Source: Terriglobia bacterium
GTDB taxonomy: Bacteria; Acidobacteriota; Terriglobia; 20CM-2-55-15
Assembly: GCA_965198225.1 (NCBI GenBank)
Contig: CBDAOY010000004.1
Span: 64,001 to 128,000 of the forward strand
Direction of reading: 5' to 3'
Length of the DNA stretch: 64,000 nt
A program made the translations under genes and the position numbers. Below the pieces are notes generated by a model, which was not told where the DNA came from, made no database searches, and saw only the letters and a program-made list of their open reading frames with translations. Within the stretch, counting starts at the first letter, position 1. Each line of letters starts with the position of its first letter. Below, piece by piece: positions 20,801 to 31,494 of the stretch.

Positions 20801-23800
20801 TCAGAAGATGTACTTTACCCCAAGCTGTACCTGGCGTGAAGGAAGAGCGTTCGATACTGTACCGAACAGGGGTGAATCAAACCGGGTGTTCGGTGAGGCG
20901 AAATTGGGGTGATTTGAGATGTTGAAGAACTCGAGGCGAAATTCAAGGCTCTGGGACTCTGTTACCTGCGCCACCTTCTGGAGGGACAAATCCAGGTTCT
21001 TATAGGATGGACCGACGAGAACACCGGTTCCCGCGTTTCCGAAGGTATACAATTCAGGCAGCGTGAACGCGGCCTTATTCCACCACCCTGCTCTTGGGTC
21101 GGGATTGGAACTCCGCGTGTCACCGATCACGTTCGGACGGTCGGCGCGCACAGTCGTATTGCTGAAGTCGGTTCGGACTGTGGGCGTGTAGGCTTGCCCG
21201 CTCCGCAGTTGCAGGACTCCCGAGATCTGCCATCCGCCGACGATGTGACGCGCCGGTCCCCCATCCGATCCGAATGGCAACTCGTAGAGGAAGCTCGAAA
21301 CCACGCGGTGACGGTTATCGACTTGCGCGGGCCCGCGACCCAGGCGATTGTTCCTGCTGTCAGGAGTCCCCTGATCGTGGATCGATTTACCCCAGGTGTA
21401 GGAGGTGTTGAACGTCAGCCCGTCCGAAAAACGTTTTTCGGCTCGAATCGACATGGAGTGGTAATTCATGTTGCCTGACGTTTGCAGCTGTCGAAGATTC
21501 CCGGTTTCCGGGAACGGTCGTCGTGCATTGACCTCGGACCGACTGCCCGGTCCCGGAGCGGGCTGATTCGCCTGACGGCGAATATTTTGCTTCGATGCTT
21601 TGTTTCCAAGGTAGCTGAGGTCGATGACGATGTTTTCGCCGAACTCTCGCTGAAGTCCGAAGCTGAACTGTTGAATGTAGGGAGTCCTGAAATTGACATC
21701 CTGCGAGTAATGCGTGATCCTTTCCGTGCCGAGGGAGGCCGGGAACGGATCGCGCATGGTGATATCCGGCGTGGTTGCGCTGGAATTGAACGCCTGTGCT
21801 ATCACCCATGGGGCTGAACGGCCCGCACCGGTCAGAAAAGATGCCCACGCCACCTGGTTGAAATAGACGCCATACCCTCCCCGCATAATCGTGCGGCCGT
21901 CGGATGTGAGGTCGTAAGCGAAGCCCACCCTTGGAGCAACCGTTTTAAAATCCGTGGGAGAGAGTCCACGGGGCACGCCATCGACACCCGCGAACTCAAT
22001 CTGGCCCGTTGCGACGTTGAAGTTCGAACGCTCATCATCTTTATCATACGGCTGCCCGTTGATCTCCCACCGGAGGCCAAGATTGAATGTCAGGCGTTCG
22101 GAGAATTGCCAGTCGTCCTGGACGAACAGATGCAGGACTTTTTGGCGGAGGTAGACCTGTGCATCGCCGCTATTCAGCAGAACTTGATTTGGGATACCGA
22201 GCAGGGCATCGCCCACACTATGCCCCGTATACCTCCCCGCGAAAGAAAAGTCTCCCCGAGGATTGCTGAGAGTATAGATGCGGCTGCGAATTTTTTTATA
22301 ATTCACACCGAATTTCAGGGCGTGATCTCCTTTGAGCCACGAAATCCCGTCGTAGACCTGTAACGTGTGGTCGACGCGGGGATTTGCATTGTGATCGCCG
22401 ATCTGAGAGAAGCCGCTCAGGCGGAACCGGGGATAGCCCAATTCGTCGAGTCTGCGTGATGTTCCCATAATCCCAAACAGCTCTTCGGTGTAGTCTGTTC
22501 CGATGTTCGGACTGGGGTACTGTTCGTTAAAAAAGTTATACCCGAGTCGAACTTCATTGATCAGGCGTGGGCTAAACACGTGGGTTTCGACCAATCCGCC
22601 GTTATTCGTGTGGATGCGGCTGAGGTACTTGTATCCTGGAAGATCACTTCCCCGGAACGTATTATCGGTCCGGAGAATATTGTGATTCCATCGGAAGAAC
22701 ATGCTGTCGCTCTCCGAGAACGAATGATCGATGCGAACCGACGGCTGATGCCATCTCCAATTGTCGATAGGACTCGACAGGAAATTCAGTTTCCCGGCCT
22801 GATTGGGGTCGGGAAACAACCTCGCGATCTCACGACCGGCGCGATCGAACCGGTCGGAAGGGATGATGTTTCCGGAAAATGGAGCATTGCCGTTGAAAGG
22901 GTCCCGGATGACGATCGGCTTCCCCCCGAAGATGTGGCCGGGCTCGAGCAACGCCGAGAAGTCTCCCCGCTTCATCTCCGGTGTCGGCACCTGAGTGGCG
23001 CGCGTGACGGACTCCTTGAGCCGCAAGACCTCGTCGGCGATGAAGAAAAACGTCCTGTCGCGGACGATGGGCCCACCGAATGAAAAGCCAAACTGGTGTC
23101 GAGTCAATGGCGGAATCGGTTCGTCCGGCTGATCAAAGTAATTCTTGGCGTCCATCCCAGCGTTTCGGTAGAACTCAAAGACAGTTCCGTGGAATTCGTT
23201 GGCTCCGGTCTTTGAAACGACATTCACTTGCGCGCCACCGCCACGGCCGTACTCGGCCGAGTAGGTACCGCTCAGGATCTTGTATTCATTGACGCTGTCC
23301 ATCGAGGGCTTGACTGCGGCCATGTTTATGGCGTTGTCATTGTTCTCGATGCCGTCGATCATGTAGTTGTTATACCGAGCCGGGAGGCCGGCCACACTGA
23401 ACATATCCCGCTGATCACGGCCATCGGCTCTCTCAGGCCTATTGGTGGTTGCTGTCGGTATCAAGAGGCCGATCCGACTGAACCGCCGGCCATTCAACGG
23501 AAGCTCGACGAGCTTCTGGCTGTCGATCACGGTGCCGACGGTTGCAGTGTCCGACTGTACGAGCGGTGCCGATTCCGTGACGGTCACTGTGTCGGTGATG
23601 TTTCCCACCTCGAGTGTGAAGGTCAGGTTCATCCGCTGCTCCACCTGGAGTTGCATACCAGTCTTGACCTGAGTTTGAAATCCCGGCAGTTCAGCGGTGA
23701 CTTCGTAGGTGCCCACGGGCAGCAGCGGAATCAGGAAGTTCCCCGTCTCGTTCGTCAGCGACGTGCGAGCCTGGTTGGTGTCCAGGTTTCTCACGGTCAT

Positions 23801-23932
23801 ATCCACCCCGGGTAATACAGCCCCGGTCGGGTCGAGGACCGAGCCCTGGATGGTTCCAGTAATGATCTGCGCCGCGACAAAAGGCGAAACAGCCAAAACC
23901 ATGAAAAAAAGATAAAGGATTCGTCGTTTCAT
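20801..23932 (-). CDS. TonB-dependent receptor, Oar-like, with carboxypeptidase-regulatory N-domain
   Basis: Signal peptide, GTIQGSVLDPTGAVLPG, ELPLNGR, and C-terminal RQVQLGVKYIF. Confidence 0.93.
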   Translation of the reverse strand: MKRRILYLFFMVLAVSPFVAAQIITGTIQGSVLDPTGAVLPGVDMTVRNLDTNQARTSLTNETGNFLIPLLPVGTYEVTAELPGFQTQVKTGMQLQVEQRMNLTFTLEVGNITDTVTVTESAPLVQSDTATVGTVIDSQKLVELPLNGRRFSRIGLLIPTATTNRPERADGRDQRDMFSVAGLPARYNNYMIDGIENNDNAINMAAVKPSMDSVNEYKILSGTYSAEYGRGGGAQVNVVSKTGANEFHGTVFEFYRNAGMDAKNYFDQPDEPIPPLTRHQFGFSFGGPIVRDRTFFFIADEVLRLKESVTRATQVPTPEMKRGDFSALLEPGHIFGGKPIVIRDPFNGNAPFSGNIIPSDRFDRAGREIARLFPDPNQAGKLNFLSSPIDNWRWHQPSVRIDHSFSESDSMFFRWNHNILRTDNTFRGSDLPGYKYLSRIHTNNGGLVETHVFSPRLINEVRLGYNFFNEQYPSPNIGTDYTEELFGIMGTSRRLDELGYPRFRLSGFSQIGDHNANPRVDHTLQVYDGISWLKGDHALKFGVNYKKIRSRIYTLSNPRGDFSFAGRYTGHSVGDALLGIPNQVLLNSGDAQVYLRQKVLHLFVQDDWQFSERLTFNLGLRWEINGQPYDKDDERSNFNVATGQIEFAGVDGVPRGLSPTDFKTVAPRVGFAYDLTSDGRTIMRGGYGVYFNQVAWASFLTGAGRSAPWVIAQAFNSSATTPDITMRDPFPASLGTERITHYSQDVNFRTPYIQQFSFGLQREFGENIVIDLSYLGNKASKQNIRRQANQPAPGPGSRSEVNARRPFPETGNLRQLQTSGNMNYHSMSIRAEKRFSDGLTFNTSYTWGKSIHDQGTPDSRNNRLGRGPAQVDNRHRVVSSFLYELPFGSDGGPARHIVGGWQISGVLQLRSGQAYTPTVRTDFSNTTVRADRPNVIGDTRSSNPDPRAGWWNKAAFTLPELYTFGNAGTGVLVGPSYKNLDLSLQKVAQVTESQSLEFRLEFFNISNHPNFASPNTRFDSPLFGTVSNALPSRQVQLGVKYIF

Positions 23933-24565
23933 TTCCTCCTCCTTAGAGAGTAGAAATTAGATGCACAACGCATTCCCGCGGTTCTGGGGGCCCTATCTCT
24001 GTGCGTGGTTATAGCCGCCGACGTCAATTTGGCCCAGTGACAACCAGCGTTCGGATCGGGCTGCGAGGCGGAACGCCGGAAGAAAAAGTAGTAGTCAGAT
24101 GAATATTTGAAATGGATTATAGTGCGGGCACGGTCCGGGGGCAAGGAGTATCGAAGAAAAGACTCGGTCCACCGCCTCGACTCTAAACTGTTGATTTCAG
24201 GGGATGAATCGACGGACTCGGTTGTTCCGGCCATTTGCCGGTTTTGATGTCACGGCGCGGCTGCCCCTGTCCGGTCCGGTGTGCTCCAAAACTGGCAATG
24301 TGCGGGTTCGCGAGCCGCTTGAAATCTTCGGAGTTTAGGCGGACCGTGTCCGTGTGGGTTCCCGCATTGAATTCGATTTCCTTCGTCGGATTCGATCAAG
24401 CTCGTGTGCCCTTTCCGGATCGTTTCAGCCCAAGAATCAGGAATTCTAGCCCGGTCCCAAGAGCGGCCCTTAACGTGCGATTTTGCTCCGTTACTGTCGG
24501 AACCCCATGTAAGAATCCCCAATTCGATTTCCCAGGCAAGGAGGAACAATGGCACTAGTCGAACA

Positions 24566-24883
24566 ATGGCACTAGTAGGCAAGGCTTCTTTTATCGTTGG
24601 ACTGGTGATCGCTGCGGCCGGAGGCGTCGGCTTTGAACAGGCCTGGTTTGGCTGGGTACTCGCAGTGCTCGGTCTGATCGTTGGATTCTTGAATATCAGC
24701 GGCAAGGAGAGTCAGACCTTCCTCTTGGCGGCGATAGCGCTGATCGTAGCGGCAAACGCTGTCGGAGCGATCCCTTTCATCGGGGAGGTGGTGACCCGGG
24801 TCATCGCGAATCTCGTGCTCTTTCTGGGGGGCGCGGTCTTGGTCGTCGCGGTTAAGAGTCTGTTCGCGGTCGCGAGAGATTGA
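24566..24883 (+). CDS. Small 4-TM hypothetical membrane protein
   Basis: Hydrophobic 105-aa ORF with GLIVGFLNI motif; its start region is duplicated (24544-24576). Confidence 0.75.
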   Translation: MALVGKASFIVGLVIAAAGGVGFEQAWFGWVLAVLGLIVGFLNISGKESQTFLLAAIALIVAANAVGAIPFIGEVVTRVIANLVLFLGGAVLVVAVKSLFAVARD

Positions 24884-25324
24884 AGCCGCCCTGGCGCAGG
24901 TGTCAGGGGTGCCGGACAGCCTTCTCGCGAAGGAAGTGTTCTCGCCCAGTCCCTTTGCAGTACCGCCATTTGAGCAGCGGTGTTCGGGTTGGCTTGATCT
25001 GACAGGTGTTCCGTAGCCTTTCAAGCCGGGACCCAACCCGGCGTTCGCAGCAAAATCAGTGCCATAGTGACCCGGGTCAAACTGCAGTCCTGGTGTTACA
25101 ACTGAGGTTGCATGCCGTCACGCCACGATTTTAGGTCCGCAACGGTCGCCGCAGAGGGCCCGTGCGAACAATGAGGATAGTTGAGTCCTCCATCGCCGAC
25201 TTCCGATACGCCTATCGACGGATTGTAAAAGCCCCCATGGCTTCTGCGGCCGCGGTTCTGACCTTAGCCTGTGGGATATCCGACCCAGCAGACTCATGAA
25301 GCGCGACACGCCCAGCCGCGCCGC

Positions 25325-25777
25325 TCCTCAGCCGCTTACATGCTCATGCATGCGCTGCGTCGTCTCGGGCTCAAGGGTACGGCTCTGGCCCACGCTCAGT
25401 GCCAGACCATCCGCCTGAAGCTTCTTAAGATCGGTGCTCGAATCCGCCTGACGGTCCGCAACGTCTGGATCTCGATGTCGGAGGCCTATCCTTATGCCGA
25501 GATCTTCGCTCTCATCCTACGGAATCTGCAGGCGCTTCCCCTTCGCTGCTGACGACACACTTGATGCATCGCTGGAAAAACCACTTCTTCCGGCGGCTTG
25601 GGCCGCGGTCTGCCTGAACACGTCAAGTCATGCCGTTTCGGCCCCAAAATAGTCGTCCGCTTGGCTATCGAAACCCACGACTTCCTCCGCATAACCCATC
25701 CCAGGCCCCAGAACTCGTCGGCAACCGATCCTTTTACTCGAAAACGGTCCTCATCCGAAAATGGTGAAACATGCGGG
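25325..25777 (+). mobile_element. IS1380-family 3' remnant
   Basis: AYMLMHALRR...TIRLKLLKIGARIRLTVR; terminal GGTGAAACATGCGGG at 25763-25777. Confidence 0.8.
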
Positions 25778-25911
25778 CTAGAGGTGTCTCGGGCTGAGGC
25801 AGGTCAGGGGGGCCGAGACTAGTCTGCCGGCCCCGCGCACGAGGCGCGAAGCCGGCTTCGCTGCAAGATCAGGAGCCCGTGAGCGCAAGGCGCGACGGGC
25901 TCCGGGCTACG

Positions 25912-27468
25912 TCAGTTGTCGTTCGTCGAGGCGATGAACTCACGCGCCTCGACGTAGCCCGGATCGTCGGCCGCGCCAATCCAGAAGTCGGCGAGCGTCG
26001 CGTAGCGCTCGCGGGCGGTGGCGCGATCCCCGACGGCTGCGGCAGCGCGGGCCGCGCCGAGCAGCGAACGCATCCGGTTCGTCATGCGGAGCAGCGAGGT
26101 CTCGAACTTCTCGAGCGCGTCGTCTTGGCGCCCGAGCTGCAGCAGGATCTCGCCGTACAGCTCGTACGGCGGCTTGACCGGGCTAGCCGCGCCGTTCGGC
26201 AGACGCAGCGTCTCGACGATGGCGATAGCCTCGTCCATCGAGGCGATCGCCGCCTCGGCGTCGCCTTCGGCCGCCTGAATCGAGGCGGTGACCTCCTTGT
26301 GGGCGATGCGATCTTGTGCGCCCCCGTTCTCGGGCCGCGCCGCCAGCGCCGCCTCGGCCTCGCGCGCCGTGGCCAGATCGCCGCTGCGGACCGCGCTCAG
26401 GCCCGTGGCCAACAGCTCGTGCATCGACGAGTCGTCCGTGATCGGCTCGACGCGCCACTGCTCGGTCTCCACCACGTAGCGGGCGTTGACCAAGGGCAGC
26501 GCGCTAACGGCTCGCGCCTGCCCGTCGCTGTCGGCGATGAGCCGTTCCAGCCTTTCGATCCAGACTCGGGCCTTGTCGTAGTCCCCGCGCTGCAGATCGC
26601 CGTACTGACCCCAGTCGAGCGAATGGACCGCGTCGCTGACGCTGTCGTCGGGCTCCCACAGAGCGATGGCCGCGTCGTGCGCCAACTGGTTGTGCTGCGA
26701 GACGAGGTCCCACATGCCGTGCTGGATGAAAATGTGCGTCGGCATGTGGCGCGCGTGCGAGACCGCCGGCGCTATCTCAGCGTAGCGGTGGGCCGCGTCG
26801 AGTGCCAGCGGGGCATGGATCGGATCGTCGAAGGCGTGAATGGTGTAGTGCACCGCTCCGGGATGGTCGCGGTTCTCGTTGAACACCTTCATCGCGATCG
26901 TGCCGGCCCGCACCTCAAGCCGCAACGACTGATCGCCGAGTGCACGGGATCCGGACAGCATCGAGAGCGCGTAGAACGTCGCCACCTCGTCGTCGTCGGG
27001 GTAGCGCTCGTAGAGCCGCTCCATCGCCTCCATGTAGCCGACCCGCCGCTCGTTGTAGGTTCCCTCGTCGCTCCACAGGACCTCGACCCCTTCGAGGAAG
27101 CCCCTCTCGCGATCGGTCGGTGCCTTGGCGGCCCGCGCCGACGGCGTCGGACCGAGCCGCGCGAGCACCGCGCGGGGATTCTCCTCGTCGAGGCCGGGCC
27201 CGCCGCCGAACAGCGGGTGGTTGTAGCTTAGCGTCTCGCCCCAGTACGCGAGAGCGAAGTCCGGCTCGATGGCCTGCGCGGCCTGGAACTGCTCGATGGC
27301 CTGCTTCCAGCCGAAGCTGTGCAGGATGGCGACGCCCCGCAGGAAATGGCGCTGCGCCTCCTCCGAACGCGCGGACGTCGGAAAGTCGAGCGACCCGACC
27401 TCGGCGAATTGCGCGGCGGCAGGCGCTGCGAGCAGGAGCGTGACGATCAGACAGATGGTAGCCTTCAT
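25912..27468 (-). CDS. Secreted TPR-like helical-repeat protein
   Basis: Signal peptide MKATICLIV, AIEPDFALAYWGE, HPGAVHYTIHAFD and HARHMPTHIF. Confidence 0.82.
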   Translation of the reverse strand: MKATICLIVTLLLAAPAAAQFAEVGSLDFPTSARSEEAQRHFLRGVAILHSFGWKQAIEQFQAAQAIEPDFALAYWGETLSYNHPLFGGGPGLDEENPRAVLARLGPTPSARAAKAPTDRERGFLEGVEVLWSDEGTYNERRVGYMEAMERLYERYPDDDEVATFYALSMLSGSRALGDQSLRLEVRAGTIAMKVFNENRDHPGAVHYTIHAFDDPIHAPLALDAAHRYAEIAPAVSHARHMPTHIFIQHGMWDLVSQHNQLAHDAAIALWEPDDSVSDAVHSLDWGQYGDLQRGDYDKARVWIERLERLIADSDGQARAVSALPLVNARYVVETEQWRVEPITDDSSMHELLATGLSAVRSGDLATAREAEAALAARPENGGAQDRIAHKEVTASIQAAEGDAEAAIASMDEAIAIVETLRLPNGAASPVKPPYELYGEILLQLGRQDDALEKFETSLLRMTNRMRSLLGAARAAAAVGDRATARERYATLADFWIGAADDPGYVEAREFIASTNDN

Positions 27469-27701
27469 GGGATCCCCCGTTCCCGAGCAGCCTAGCACAA
27501 TGCGGCGCGGTAAGCGCCTGAACGTACCCCGCGACGACGGCAGGAGGTCTCTGGCGAAGAAGTGCGTGATGGATGGACTCTCTCGTTTCACTACAGGGCA
27601 GTACTCGGAGAATCTACCCGTGGGGTGCATGCTCGGCTACGTCCTCGACGGCGATGTGAAGTACGTGGCTTTGACCAGGCTCCAAGTACTCGAAGAGGGT
27701 C

Positions 27702-27900
27702 GGGGTCCGAGTAGCAATGGAACGAAAACCTTGTCTTTTCGTACCGACCCGTGGGCAAGTAGAGATCCCTAATTCATCTCGCGGGTTTCTGAGGGCGCGG
27801 ATCTCACCGCGTTGCACCGCCTTGGTCCGGCCGAAGTAATCGCGCCCGTTCAGGGTGATGTGCTCGCGCACCAATGGGAAAGACGCGCGATGTCCTTGTC
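27702..27900 (-). mobile_element. Tn3-family remnant (terminal IR and degenerate tnpA C-terminus)
   Basis: GGGG-starting IR at 27702; PLVREHITLNG...GEIRALRNP resembles the Tn3 TnpA C-terminus. Confidence 0.6.
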
Positions 27901-28145
27901 CCGGATCACGTGGCCCTCGGCGCGTCGCGGGTCGCGTTGGAGCGACGAGAGATAATTCGCTAGTATCTCTTGTGAATACACCTCGACTGCATGTCACGGA
28001 AGGGCGTTAGGGCGCGAAAAGCCGAACGAACCCTGAGGATTATCTCTCGTTGGACCCCCCGATGGCCTCCCCCACACTTCATCCGAAAACACTACAAGGC
28101 CCATCTCGCCGACTCAAGCCAGTTTCCTCTGGACTCCTGTGTCAA

Positions 28146-28420
28146 GTGAACACACGTCTCCTGTCTTGGTTCTTCGACTGTTGTTTTCAGCCGCACTGAT
28201 CTGAGCTTCGCCGTGAGTGGCGGATCGACTGCATCCGTATCTCCGGCCTCTGCGTTGGAACGGTCCTGTTCCGGGCCATGATGAATATTCGCGCGTGGGG
28301 AGCCATCCACTGACACGGCCTCTGGGGGCCACGGAAAGTGACGGCATTGCCCCAGGCCGGCCGACCGGTTCGCCATCACGCGGAAGTCCGTGCAGCCGGC
28401 TGAGATTCTGGGCCGCTATC
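28146..28420 (-). ncRNA. Candidate seek/bridge RNA in the 3' non-coding region
   Basis: Position typical of IS1111 elements; contains short matches to the left flank and both element ends. Confidence 0.6.
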
Positions 28421-28423
28421 GGG

Positions 28424-29458
28424 TCATGCGGCGCGGTAGTCGGCCTGGTAATCCGAGCCGCGTTTCCATACCGCCCATACCCGTCGTGCCAGCTTGTTGG
28501 CCAGAGCCACGGTGGCCTTGTTGTATCCGCGCTGTTGCTGAAGCCGCAGGCCCCACTGCTGGAGAGAGGATGGCGTGATCGTGGGTCGGTGCGCCGACCA
28601 CAGGACGGATCGCGCCCCGTGGATCAGCAGCATCCGCAGATAACAGTCGCCCCGCTTACTGATCCGGCCCAGCCTTCGCCTGTTGCCGCTGGAATGCTCC
28701 CGCGGTGTCAGTCCCAGATAGCTGGCAAAGTGACGGGAAGAGGGGAACCGTTCCACATTCCCCACAAAACCCACCATCGCTGTGGCGGTCAGTAATCCGA
28801 TGCCGGGAATCGAACGCAGACGTGCAACCGCCGGTGTCTGCTTCGCCAAGGCTTCCAGCTGCTTCTCGACCGAGCGGATACGGCCTTCCAGTTCCCGTAT
28901 CTCGGTGCACATCTCACTGAAGACAGCACGCAATGCGTCCGGGATCTCCAGGTCGGCATCTTCGATCAGTCCCATCACTCCCGGCACTAGATGCTGTGCC
29001 CCCACCGGGATGATGAAACCAAACTCTCGGAGCAGTCCCCGAACCGTGTTGATTCGTGCGGTCCGTGTCGCCATCCAGCCCGACCGAATCCGGTGCAGTG
29101 CAGTCAGCTGTTGCTGCGCCACCGTCTTGACCGGAACCGGCCGGATTTCGCTGTTGCGAATCGCCTCGAGCAACCCCTTCACATCCGTGCGGTCGGTCTT
29201 GTTCCGCTGCACGTAGGGCCGAACGTACTGGGGCGAGATCAGAATTACCTCGTGCCCCAGCTTGCCAATCTCCCGTGCCCAATAGTGCGACGAACCGCAG
29301 GCTTCCATCACCACTCTGGACGGCGGCTGATTGACGAAGCACTTCAGAAGCTTCGACCGACTCAATCGATACCTCTTCTCGACATGTCCGGGACGGCCTG
29401 AAATCCCAATCTCGAAAACATTCTTTGCCAGATCCACTGCAATCGTCCTATCCTTCAT
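28424..29458 (-). CDS. IS110/IS1111 recombinase (DEDD + Tnp domain)
   Basis: AVDLAK, VMEACG, NKTDRTD, SIPGIG and YLGLTPREHSSG...GRISKRGD; uninterrupted 344 aa. Confidence 0.95.
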   Translation of the reverse strand: MKDRTIAVDLAKNVFEIGISGRPGHVEKRYRLSRSKLLKCFVNQPPSRVVMEACGSSHYWAREIGKLGHEVILISPQYVRPYVQRNKTDRTDVKGLLEAIRNSEIRPVPVKTVAQQQLTALHRIRSGWMATRTARINTVRGLLREFGFIIPVGAQHLVPGVMGLIEDADLEIPDALRAVFSEMCTEIRELEGRIRSVEKQLEALAKQTPAVARLRSIPGIGLLTATAMVGFVGNVERFPSSRHFASYLGLTPREHSSGNRRRLGRISKRGDCYLRMLLIHGARSVLWSAHRPTITPSSLQQWGLRLQQQRGYNKATVALANKLARRVWAVWKRGSDYQADYRAA

Positions 29459-29651
29459 CTCGGACTCCTTCCTGTTAACACGGTCACGTGTTTCGCCCGC
29501 ACCATGCGAGGCTCCTTTGACTTTGGCACTTTCATGCCGACTAAGTCACAAGGAGGAGTCCATCTCATCACTGACAGTGCCCACAAAACTGCTTGCTACC
29601 TTGAATACGCACATGGGAGAGTATGCGAAACGGGTTTACTCCTAAGGAACC

Positions 29652-31103
29652 GTGCAACACTCCCCCATCATGGTAGCTGTCGTAATCAGTGTCAGTCTCG
29701 CGGCACTCTGTGTGCCAGTCCACGCGCAGGATGACCAGGCATTAGCCGCCATGCGCACCCGAGCCGAGACGGGCGCCGCAGCCGCGCAGTTCAACCTCGG
29801 GAGTATGTACGCCAACGGGGAAGGCGTTCCACAAGATGCCGCCGAAGCCGTCCGCTGGTACCGCCAAGCCGCCGAACAGGGCCACGCGGAAGCGCAGTCT
29901 GCTCTTGGCGAAATGTACTCCTTCGGGCGGGGCGTCCCACAGGATGCCGCCGAAGCCGTCCGTTGGTACCGCCAAGCCGCCGAACAGGGCCACGCGGAAG
30001 CGCAGTCTAACCTCGGGACCATGTACGCCACCGGGCGGGGCGTCCCACAAGATGCCGCCGAAGCCATCCGCAGGTTCCGCCAAGCCGCCGAGCAAGGCCA
30101 CGTGCCCGCGCAGTTCAACCTCGGGACCATGTACGCCACCGGGCGGGGCGTCCCACAGGATGCCGCCGAAGCCGCCCGTTGGTTCCGCCAAGCCGCCGAA
30201 CAGGGCCACGCGGAAGCGCAGTTCAAGCTCGGGTTCATGTACGATTTCGGGCGGGGCGTCCCGCAGGATGCCGCCGAAGCCGTTCGCTGGTACCGCCAAG
30301 CCGCCGAACAGGGCCACGCGGCAGAAGCGCGTAAATGGACCGTAGAGGAAGCTCAGTTCAACCTCGGGAGTATGTACGCCAGCGGAGAGGGCGTCCCACA
30401 GGATGCCGCCGAAGCCGTTCGCTGGTACCGCCAAGCCGCCGAACGCGGCTACGCCCGCGCACAGCTTAACCTCGGGAACATGTACTCCTACGCGGAGGGC
30501 GTCCCACGGGACAACGTCGTGGCGTACATGTGGCTCACTCTCGCGGCCTCACGGCTGACCGGAGAGGATCGCGCGCAGGCGGTGCAATCCCGCACCCGCG
30601 TGGCCGCTCAGATGACGCCCGCCGCCCTCAGCGAGGCGCAACGGCTGGCACAGGACTGGCAGCCAGATGTCGCAGCACTTGTGGCCGCGGTCCATGTGCA
30701 AGTCGATTGTGCGGACTGGGACACATTTGGTTTCTTTAGGGCCGGCAAGATTTCCGACGTGATGCGGTGTTTGCAGACGGGTGCCGACCCGAATGCGCGG
30801 GACGAAGAGGGCTGGCCGGCCCTGCATCTGGCGGCGAGTGTCAACGCCGATCCCGGCGTGATCGTGGCCTTGCTCAATGCCGGAGCCGACCTGCACGCGC
30901 GGGAGCCGGAGGGCGGGACGCCCCTGCATGGGGCGGCGCGTTACAACGCCAATCCCGGCGTGATCGTGCCCCTGCTCGACGCCGGAGCCGACCCGAAGGC
31001 GCGGGTCGCTACCGGGGAGACGCCTTGGGATTTGGCGCAAGAGAACGACTCCCTGGAGGGAACCGATGCGTTGCAGCAGCTGAACGATGGGCGTTTTCAA
31101 TGA
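29652..31103 (+). CDS. Secreted Sel1-repeat + ankyrin-repeat protein
   Basis: Signal peptide; ~7 Sel1 units (AQFNLG.MY..G.GVPQDAAEAVRWYRQAAEQG, 108-bp DNA repeats); 3 ankyrin units at the C-terminus. Confidence 0.93.
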   Translation: MQHSPIMVAVVISVSLAALCVPVHAQDDQALAAMRTRAETGAAAAQFNLGSMYANGEGVPQDAAEAVRWYRQAAEQGHAEAQSALGEMYSFGRGVPQDAAEAVRWYRQAAEQGHAEAQSNLGTMYATGRGVPQDAAEAIRRFRQAAEQGHVPAQFNLGTMYATGRGVPQDAAEAARWFRQAAEQGHAEAQFKLGFMYDFGRGVPQDAAEAVRWYRQAAEQGHAAEARKWTVEEAQFNLGSMYASGEGVPQDAAEAVRWYRQAAERGYARAQLNLGNMYSYAEGVPRDNVVAYMWLTLAASRLTGEDRAQAVQSRTRVAAQMTPAALSEAQRLAQDWQPDVAALVAAVHVQVDCADWDTFGFFRAGKISDVMRCLQTGADPNARDEEGWPALHLAASVNADPGVIVALLNAGADLHAREPEGGTPLHGAARYNANPGVIVPLLDAGADPKARVATGETPWDLAQENDSLEGTDALQQLNDGRFQ

Positions 31104-31136
31104 CGCACAAACCGCCAGCCAGCTTGAATGCAGGAA

Positions 31137-31490
31137 ATCCCGGTAGGAGGTGAGGTGTCCCTCACCCCCTCCGGACAGAACGGCTCGTACCGGCCAGGTA
31201 AGCCGCTCCTCGATCAGCGAGCAAACTCCAGTTTGAGATTCCGTTGAGTGTAGTCGTGTTGAAAGACGAGTCCCCGGCGGCGAAACCACTCCTGACTCAG
31301 AACGAAACAGACCTCCTGTCGCATGACAGATTGCCACGCTTTCATCCGTGCCCAGGCGCGCCGGGCGTGATACACCGGAGCACCGGCGCGAATCATCATC
31401 CGTTGAAACTTCGCCGGCTTCTTCCACTTCTTCAATTGCATGGAACGTAGCCGACCACGGACGCACTCATCCAGCTCGCGGAACACCTTG
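31137..31490 (-). mobile_element. 3' remnant of a group II intron (IIC-like): maturase C-terminus, DV and DVI
   Basis: FRELDECVRGRLRSMQLKKWKKP; DV-like GAGCGGCT...TACGAGCCGTTC and a short DVI ending CCTACCGGGAT. Confidence 0.75.
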
Positions 31491-31494
31491 TGGA

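Larger units (their letters stand above)
28123..29570 (-). mobile_element. IS110 family, IS1111 subgroup, apparently complete
   Basis: Sub-terminal IR TGGACTCCT at 28130-28138 / 29554-29562; outward TTGACA at 28140-28145; ~290-nt 3' non-coding region. Confidence 0.88.
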
